NCBI GenBank assembly: GCA_043228905.1
Contig: JBHGNT010000002.1
Span: 20,398,001-20,462,000 of the forward strand
DNA from: Azolla caroliniana
Taxonomy: Eukaryota; Plantae; Polypodiophyta
DNA: 64,000 bases
Direction of reading: 5' to 3'
Position numbers and translations under genes: made by a program. The stretch's first letter is position 1; each line of letters opens with the position of its first letter. The notes beneath the pieces are model-generated. The model did no database searches. It was not told the origin of the DNA and saw only the letters and a list, made by a program, of their open reading frames with translations. Shown one piece after another: positions 12,178 to 21,644 of the stretch.

Positions 12178-12762
12178 TGTTGCTCCCTCGTAGAGAATAC
12201 CTTCGATTACTCTTCCTTAGTAATCGTGGTGCATAGAGATTTGTGCTCCAAGACAATTCAGATCACCCCTGATAAGGGGAATTGCACTCTACAGGATTGG
12301 CTACAAACGATCCGCAATACAAATTACACGAACCGAACGTAACTAGATAAAATAGCTCAATGGAGACAGACATAGTGCTTGCCCACAAAGTATGTAGATA
12401 TTCGACTATTATTAGTAGAATGCGATACAATATCGATACAAATACACAGTAGAATCGGTGTAATACTCTCTCACTGATTTTCTAGTCTAGGCTTAGTGCT
12501 CTAAGAGTTCTAGTCTCCCCTCTACTCTATGATCTCTCTGGTTTCTCGTATGATTCTATCCCCCTTGTGTTCGTTACTTCCTTGATTATATAGCCTTCCC
12601 TTGGCTCAACGTTTTTTGAACTACTCTCTCCTTGATATTCGGATTCTGCCTTCGGTTGTTTGTATTCAGCTTCTTTTGGTCCTTTCACATTCGTCCCGCA
12701 TCCTTTCCACACTTTTCATACTCAGTCCTTTCACACTTTATCCCTTCTGTTCCATCGGTAAC
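12178..12762 (-). mobile_element. 5' LTR of the minus-strand Gypsy at 11000-12172
   Basis: Ends ...gcaaca next to the PBS; TATA ctatataa on the minus strand at ~12590; U3 start resembles the LTR at 25245. Confidence 0.65.
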
Positions 12763-12867
12763 GTACAAAAAAAATAAATAGAAAACAACAAAATACCAAA
12801 ACAAATATTGGCATGATTTCTTCTTGGCACTATCCTTTTCAGACTATATATGAACATGCACGGTTAT

Positions 12868-13168
12868 TGTTGATGGGTGGGGGGTTCGAATGTGAAGGGA
12901 GAAGAAGAGAGAGACAGAGGGAGAATGAGAGAGAGGGAATCGAGATAGACACAAGTTGAGGGTAACTTCACTATATTTCTTCCTTCTTTTCATTGCCCAT
13001 GGGTGGGGTTTAAATAGTACAAGATCTGATCAGACATTACAAAAAGCCAAATGGGGGTAGTTACACCTACTTACCCCACCTCACACTAACACATTAACAT
13101 TTCATATTACACATTGCACACTATACACATTACACTCTTAACCCTCCTGTACACCTATATGGGTAACA
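12868..13168 (-). mobile_element. Gypsy LTR family 'B' (TGTTACC...TCAACA)
   Basis: TG...CA termini; near-copy of 8069-8388 including the adjacent ~140 bp of internal sequence. Confidence 0.8.
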
Positions 13169-13314
13169 CCTAGCACGCCTGTAGGACAGTGCATTGCACG
13201 TCGAACCCACAAACCCATGCCAAAAACTCGTTGACCGGCACTCCATCGGTCTTTTCTTCTCTCATCAATCGGAAATCCCTCGATCGGATCATGGCTCTAC
13301 AATTGATAACTTCG

Positions 13315-15401
13315 ATCGGAGTTGGCTTGACACGACCAGAGCTAACACTAACTGATTGATTGGCATGACGGATGTTACTCCTCCAGGAATTCGAATTCAA
13401 CATACACCATCGGCCAAGCGTGCAACATGCGGTGGCAGACTACCTAAGTCGACTCAAATTGGGGGAACCAGCAGAAACAGTTTATGATGATTTGCCCTAT
13501 GCCAACCTTTTCGGTATTGATGCGGCCACACCACATACCGAAAGCGAGGATAAATGGATAAATGACATGACGCACTTCCTAAACACCAAACTTCCACCCG
13601 ACCATTTGAACCTAGATGCCAAGAAATGGTTGGTAGTCTGCAACCAAAATTTTTGCCCATTCGTAGAAACCCTCTACCAAAAGGGCTTGGACGGCATCTG
13701 GCACCGCGCGGTGCGACTACTTGAAAAAGATGCCATCCTACGAGAAGCACATTATGGAATCGCTGACGGACACTATGCAGGAGTGGGTTATGGTGGCCCA
13801 CAACAAAAAAGGATGCCCACGAATTCTATAAACAATACGATCTATGTTAGCGCATGGGTCAACCCTCCGAGAAAGCCCGTATGCCTCATCAACCGATTCT
13901 CCATTAGAACCTTTCCAGAAGTGGGGATTGGATTTTGTCGGTCCATTCCCACCGACCGCGGATCAAACCGACCATAAATACATTTTCGTGGCCACCGATT
14001 ATAGCACGAAGTGGGTCGAAGCAAAGGCAGTACGCGACAACATGGCCATGTCTACCACCAAGTTCGTTTATGAATATTTATTGTGTCCATTTGGTTGTCC
14101 AATCGAGCTTGTTAACGAGCAAGGAGGTCTCTTTCTCAATCGACTTATTCGAGAACTCACCACACACTATGCAGTAGTACATAAGAAAAGCACACCATAC
14201 TATCCATAGCAAATGGCTTGGCTGAGTCAACAAATAAGACACTGCAAACCATCCTCAAGAAGATTGTGAACGAAAACCGAACTGATTGGGACGACAAGCT
14301 CCCTAGTGCACTCTGGGCCTACCGAACGATGTTCAAGCCAAGTATCTGATCCACTCCTTTTCGTCTGGCTTTCGGGTTGCAAGCCATCATGCCAACAGAG
14401 TTCCAGGTGCTTAGTTTATGCGTCCAAATTACCAAACGATTGCCCGAGTTGGATACTAACCAGAAACGACTCGAACAATTACTCAAACTCGGGGAACACC
14501 GGATCACTAGCCTGGCTCATTTAGAACACGTGCAACGTCAACGAAAAGCCTCTGTCGATCTTCATCCGAAGGGATCGGAGACATCTTTCAAAATCGAAAA
14601 ACCGATCCTCGTCTTTCAAACACGACTTGGCTTGATGCCAAGGAAGCTCTATTTCCGGTTGACCCAGTCCGCAGTCATGGGTGAAACGGAGGATTTCGGG
14701 GGCCCAACACCTCAATTCCGGTAATTACTCTACGTACTGCCCGAAGTTGTATCCTATTTATTTTAAAAAGAAGAAGAAAAAAGACCCGGTAACTGGAGTA
14801 TTTAAAGAGCATGCACGCCACACAAGAAAAGAAAGTACAAATGGTTCTGGAGACCCGTAGTATTAAAAAAACTTATTATGATAGGAAAGATTCTAAATCT
14901 AGGGCACAAGGCCACGTCTCGAGAAACGAGGTACCTACAAAAAGGAGGGCACTGTACAAACATAACACTCACTCACACACAGACGCACAAAGCCCTCACG
15001 CTCTATCACTTTCTTCACAAACACTATCCCGCTCTCAAACTCTTTGCACATAAGCTTTCTCCCATTCCCTACCTCTTTACCCCCATACTCACTCTTCCTC
15101 TTCGTTTTTCGAAACGATCATGCTGCTCGAACTGACCAAAGACCTCTACACCTGGCTGAACAAGCATAACTTGAGCGGATACCTCTGTGTCGTGGATGCA
15201 CTCCCCCACCCCAAGACGCAGGAAATCGCACGCCGAGTGCATCTTGACACCATCAATAACAATCAAATCCGGCTGGTATTGGGGCTGCAGCGAGGAGAAG
15301 AACATGACATCGAGGCTTCGCCTCAGAACATCATCGAAGAATATTTCGCAAAGTACTCGGTGTCGGCCAAGGTGTATCGGACTCATGATGGACCTAACAA
15401 G
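13315..15401 (+). mobile_element. Athila/Tat-like Gypsy fragment: RNase H end, integrase, start of extra 3' ORF
   Basis: [49 protein letters not shown]; ORF 15120-15428 is homologous to 18169-18522. Confidence 0.9.
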
Positions 15402-16065
15402 TGTTGGGAAATAGGTCCCTCCGAATGAGTTGGATCGGACGAGCTAAAGGAAGGATCCAAACCGGATGGGTCCGGAAGGTATCCGGATACCGGATCGGAT
15501 GGATCTGGAAGGAGTTCGGCCAGATCCGGTATGAACCAGATAATAGGAACACATTAGTAAATATGTTCAGACGTGACCATTGAGGTCATATTTGTGAATA
15601 ACCCCAAAGTTATATAAGTCTAAATATAACTAGGGCAATACTATTATGTGTAGTTGTTATCATTATCGTTGTACAGAGAGAGAGAGAGAGATAGGCTAAT
15701 AAACCAAACAACCTCGTTGGAAGTACCTCTAGTTGACGAGGTACTTCCGTTGCTGTAGCTCGGTTCCCTCTCGGATAGTTGGGAGAGGCTAGTTGTCACT
15801 TTGGGCAACGCCGAGCCGGAAGGTAAACACTTATTGCTAGCAAGGGTAAAATCAAGCTTGCTGGATGAAGAAGCTCGCCGGAAGGACCGAGAGTCCGGAA
15901 CTGATCCGAAGGCCTTGATTACAAAAGACGACCATAACTGGGGATGAGGCCGGAATCGGAGTCCCCAAAACCGGGACAAATCAGGGACGTGGTCGAAGTC
16001 AAGGGGGAGGCCCACCTGCTTTTATTGCGGAAAACCGGGGCACTTCCAGAAGAATTGCTGACACT
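15402..16065 (+). mobile_element. Ty1/Copia fragment (partial LTR plus gag C-terminus), relative of the 43062-48355 element
   Basis: LTR start tgttgggaaataggtccctcc; gag DSWERLVVTL...EEARRKD...RGRPTCFYCGKPGHFQKNC nearly matches the gag in 46743-47741. Confidence 0.85.
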
Positions 16066-16069
16066 TTTG

Positions 16070-19000
16070 ACTCAAAGAATGGTCTCAACCTGAGAAATTT
16101 GGATCGTAAATGAACGTCTCTATCTTGATCGATGTCGCCAAGCTTGGTTAGGTTTAAACCTGGCAAAATGCGCGTTCTTGGTCACAAGCGGTAACCTACT
16201 CGGGCACATCGTCAGTTAAGAAGGTATCGCCATGGACCTGGATAAAGTACAAACCATCCTACATGCCCCCGCACCCTCGAACGCAAAAGGCCTCAGCCAA
16301 TTTCTGGGACAAATCAGATGGCACAGCCGGATGATACGCCACCTGGCCGATTTCGCGACAACACTACACACAGCGGTGCATCGACTTCCCTTTCAATGGA
16401 CTTCAATCAAGGACGAGGCTTACCAAGGATTGAAAGTAATGCTCTTGCATGCTCCAGTTGTACAGCCCCCGAGATGGTCGGAACCTTTTCACGTCTTTGT
16501 GGACGCATCAGATATTGCCATCGGGAGCGCACTGATGCAATGCACGCCCCCAAATTGGTATCGGCCAGTGTATTATGCTAGCTGACGTCTCTCGGCCGCG
16601 GAAAAGAACTATTGAACCACCGAACGGGAGGCCCTCGGTATGATCTATAGCATCAGTAAATTTCGGCATTACCTCTTAGGCCGAAAATTCACATTTCACG
16701 TCGATCACTCGACCCTCCTTTACCTGGTCAATAAACAAGCTGCGGCCCGAACCGGTAATAAGTATATCATCGTGGCCACAGACTACTGCACAAAATGGGT
16801 CGAGGCAAAGGCTTTACGAGACAATACGACAACATCCACGGCCAAATTCGTGTACGAACATCTCTGGTGCTGTTATGGATGCCCAATTGAGCTCGTTAGT
16901 GACCAAGGTGGGCACTTTATAAACCATATAATACGCGAGCTTACGACTCACTACGCAGTGGTTCATAAGAAAAGTATGCCATACTACCCGTAGGCAAACG
17001 GATTGGCAGAATCGACTGACAAAATTCTCCAAACAATCCTGAAGAAGATCGTCAACGAGAACCGCACCGATTGGGATGACAAGCTCCAAAGTGCACTATG
17101 GGCTTATCGCACGACATTTAAAACAAGCATTCAATCCACCCCCTTTCGGATGGCTTTCGGTCTCGAAGCCGTTATGCCCATCGAGTTCCAAGTTCCGAGT
17201 CTCCGAGTTCAAGTTAAAGCACGGCTTCCTGAGGCCCAATCCGAACAATTGAGGTTGGAACAACTCCTCGAACTTGGCGAGGACCAAGTAGCGAGCATGG
17301 CCCAACTTGAACAGTGCCAACGCCAACGGAAAGCCTTTGTGGACCGACATCGGAAGGGATTGGAACAAGAACTGACCATAGGCAAACCGGTCCTTGTTTT
17401 CCAGACGCGACTCGGTGCTATGCCAGGAAAGTTACGATTTTGATGGACCGGCCCCTTCTGGATTATTGACGAGTTTAACGGCACGTTCCAACTCGGCACC
17501 CTCGTCGGGGAAATTGTCAAAAGCTGGGTGAATGGATTCTGACTACGACCGTACTAGGGAAATACCCCAGCCAACCCTTTCACCGAGTCTCACGACACGG
17601 ACAGGGCCACGAAGGAGGCCACGCGTCCCCCTCGGTAAGAACCCACCAACCATCGAAAGTAGACATTAGGTAGGATTAGGCATAGTTTTAGCAATTAGTT
17701 AGTTCCACCTATACCACCTACCACATCACCCAAATCATGTCATGTTTAGAGGCACACATTAGTCACTTTCACATTCACTTAAGTATTTAAATGCACATGC
17801 ACAACATCCAAAGCAAAGCACTAACTCTCTAGGACACGTGGCCATAATATCCTATTATGGCATCCACGCCCAAGAATCTCCAGGCTCCTCTTCATGCACA
17901 AAACCCTAGGCGTTCGCTAAAAAACAGTTACCCCAAGCCCACCCCACACACAGACGTTTTCTTGCACACCCAGCTTTCATCGCTCCCACGCTCTCAAGCT
18001 TCCTCTCGCTCTTAGCGCATTCATCGCTCCTAGCGCTCTTGCTCACAAGCCCTCTCTTGCCCTTGTAGCCCCTCTACCGCACCACAACCATGTCCTTCCC
18101 TTACTCTGTCTCGGCCTGGTCGAATCCTCCTTCCCTATTCTTCCACACAGCAGAACCCCGAGTCCATTATGCCTCTTGCAGCTTCACAGGAAACCCGCTC
18201 CTGTTTTCAGGAACAAGGATTGGGTGGTTATTTAAAGGTGATCGATGCCCCTGCACACCCGGATGCCCAAGCGGTCGCACACCGAATCCACCCAGACACA
18301 GTCACCAACAATATGATTCATGCTGCCTTGGACCTGAAACGAGGAGGTGATCATGAGGTCGAGATTCCCCCTTCCACGACCCTAAAGGAATACTTTGGTG
18401 TGTATTCCATATCTGGTAAAGCCTACCGCACTTACGGGGGATCCAACAAGGCATTCAGAGAACTCGCTCGCATCCTGATGGAGTACGCATTCATGCATAC
18501 CAACCCTACCAGTATGCCATAGAGCAAAGCGGCGATCATTATCAATGCCTATGAGGGAAACAAAATCGACTGGGGAATCATCACAGGCGAAGGAATCTGT
18601 GCGGCGCTCGACTCCTTCCAAACCGGTAAGCATTTGTTGCCTGTGATCAATCGCTTCCTTACAGTCCTCTACCCACCTCCTTCGGTTTCCCCTCGTCACA
18701 TCTTGAACTCTCCACCACCACGAAGGAAACAACGCGGGCTGATTTTGGAGATAACTCAGGAAGAATGGGAAGACTCCTCGTCTTCTTCACCTCCCTCAGG
18801 CGTTCGGAACCCCGCTTCCGCTTCCGCCTCGGCCCCACCCCCACCAAAAACACAAAGACAACGGGCGGTAACAACAACCGAGCCCACGGCCCACAAGCCA
18901 ATAGCCCTCGGCCATCTGGCAGCAGAAGAGGAAACAGGCCGAGGAGTCAACACCATTGGCCCCGGACGCACAAGATCAGCCGCCAAAAAGACGTTGTATC

Positions 19001-21638
19001 ATTCGAGAGGCAACCACAGAAACCGAAGGCGACCAACGTCAGAAATCAAAAGAGTCTAACCCCCCCTCCATGGAATAGTACCAGCGGAGTCATGGCTCCA
19101 AGTTGGAACGATTGAGCATGGCCAAACCACATAGATATTAGAGGAGGAAGTTCTCGGGTACAAAGATCTCCCCGCAGAGACATACGAGTTCAGTGCCCTG
19201 CTTCGACTGGGCACAACTTACGAGTTAATAGATTTCCTCGCACGTGCCCAAGTGTCTGCCGCCGCTCGTATGGCCTAGGAGCACGCCGAAACAAAGATGA
19301 TTCAACGCGCTCTAATGGGTGAAATCGAACCTCATGAGGATCGAGCCTTACAGAAGATAGGACGGAAGAAGCAAGTACAGAATGCTTTGCTCCTCATGGA
19401 ACTACCGGATCACAATCTACACCACACTACTCGGGCAGCCAAGGACATGGCCCAACGTATCAAAACAGCGCATCAGCAAGCCAAACGGGCTACCGACCTA
19501 TGGCAAGCCGCCGAGGAGAAACTGGCGACACTCACACAGTAACAACCGCCCTTAATCCTCCCTGCACCGAGTGAAGCTGTCTAACCAGCCACTCTTCCGA
19601 ACCCCAACCCAAGTGCTGAAGATACCAAAGACGACACCGCCCACCCCACAGTAGCCACGGCCGAGGCTAGCACAATGACGGACTCGGTATAGACAAGTGA
19701 GCCATCGTCACGGGCAGATATCAGCCCACACCCCCAAACCAACCAAGCCTCGGCGCAAACGCCATCACCTCCGGTCATCATGGAACGAGCGACATAGACA
19801 GACAGGGAGTCCTCGGCCCAACTCCAGCAAACGGCAACCCAGACAGGGCCTCCCCTTAGGGACTACCAGGAGGAGCTTCAGGCCCAGATCGCTCTGGCCG
19901 AGTTGGCCAAACAGAATCACAAATACATTCTTGCCCAGCAACGAGAACAAGCCGTGAGCCACGAAGCGAACCTCAAGCGATTGCTTGCTGAAAGGTCGGT
20001 CGCGCTTGAAGCACGAGAACGAGAGGTGATGACCCTCCAAGTCTCTATCACTACGACTAAGGAATGGTTCATCAAAGAAACCGAGCGGAATAGCCAATGG
20101 GAACAACAGCTCTTCGCCGACAACTAGGAATTACGTCTCATCAACGCGCCTTCCAGGACATGGCCAACAAACATATGCAGAAGTGGAGGATCTCGAAGGA
20201 GCAACGAGCAAAAATTTCCGATGCATATCACCAGTTGCAATCCGAGCACATCACCGTCAAAGAACAACACCGGGACACCTGGCGGAGTAGACCATCGCGC
20301 TTATCATGGAAAAAGCAAAAGATAATCAAGCTACTTTAGCACTCTTTGCTCGCAAAAGCCAAGCAGAAGCCAAGGCAAGGCCGCAAGGGAGGCACTGGAA
20401 GTTCACCGCGCGACCATCGGCATGGACGATACCAAAATCAAGACCCTAATCCACAAGTATCGCCAGTAATTAACCACAAAGATCAAAGAAACGCTTGACC
20501 ATGTCTGGCAGGAGTGGTCAACCCAAGCCGCGGACCTACACATACTACGCGCGGATGCCGAGAACCGACAAAAGGAGGGCCGGGGGTTTTACAAGATGGA
20601 TGACACCAGCATCCAGACCCTCCGTGAAGACTTAATGGAAGAATATCATACCTTGGCAACATCCCACACCACGGCCATCGAGCAACTCTTGGAGGAATTC
20701 AACGACGATTTAATGGTATTTCGTTCAGAAGCCGAAGCGTATGAGGAGGAACGACTCGCTACCGGGAGTCACAAAGCTCCCACAAACACCGAGGAAGGAA
20801 CCGAGTCCCTCCCCATGGCAGCTCGACCGGAAGAACCTACCCCTACCGACCTCCACATCCCAAGCGAGCCACTCACCGCGGCGGTTAAATCGGAGGAACC
20901 TGCTCCTACCGACGTCCACATCCCACCGGAGCCACAGACTATAAACCCGACCCTGCCTAAATCGGTCTCAACAGAGGAGGGCACACACGCCAACACCGTC
21001 ATCCCCAACTCGGCAACACACCCTCCGTCACCGGCGCACCTGACCGACCAGCCAGCCCAACCCCACGCCCCCGAGGATATCCTCGGCATATTGGAAGAGG
21101 AATAAAACCAACCTATCAGCCCTCGTAGGAATGGCCAATTTTTGTTGTAATTCGTGTTGTTTTGCCAAATCCATGGTAAACCGTGGGTCTGACGGACAAA
21201 GTCCTGTCCCACGGGCGTGCTAGGTGTTGTCCATAGGCCAAAAATAGAAATTAGTTAAATGTAATACGCGGGAGGTAAGGCGAGTATGTAAGGGAGAGTT
21301 AGGCAAACACCGAGTTTCGAGCCTCACAGTCAACCGACCTATCAACGTTGTATGAAGGAAAACAAGTATATAAACCGAGGTCTGCGTACCTCGGCAGGGC
21401 AGAGATATTGAGAGCCTAGGCGAGGTCCTCTTCATAGATATAAGAGCTTTGTAAGGCTACCGGATGTGGGCCGTGTTTTGTTGTAATCATCACTAACTGT
21501 TGCAGTAATGCATATCTATTAGCTCTTGTTGTTTCATTTGTATGCCATCGTTTCGAAGATCTCAACTACGTATACAACCCGGACTCTATTCCAGGTGCGC
21601 TCTACGTGTTCTTCCCCTAAAAGACACCTCCGTGCACA
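16070..21638 (+). mobile_element. Athila/Tat-like Gypsy 3' half: RT end, RNase H, integrase, long extra ORF (~18090-21105), 3' LTR (21225-21638)
   Basis: [43 protein letters not shown]; LTR TGTTG...GCACA with tatataaa at ~21367; multiple stops. Confidence 0.9.
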
Positions 21639-21644
21639 AGTCTT

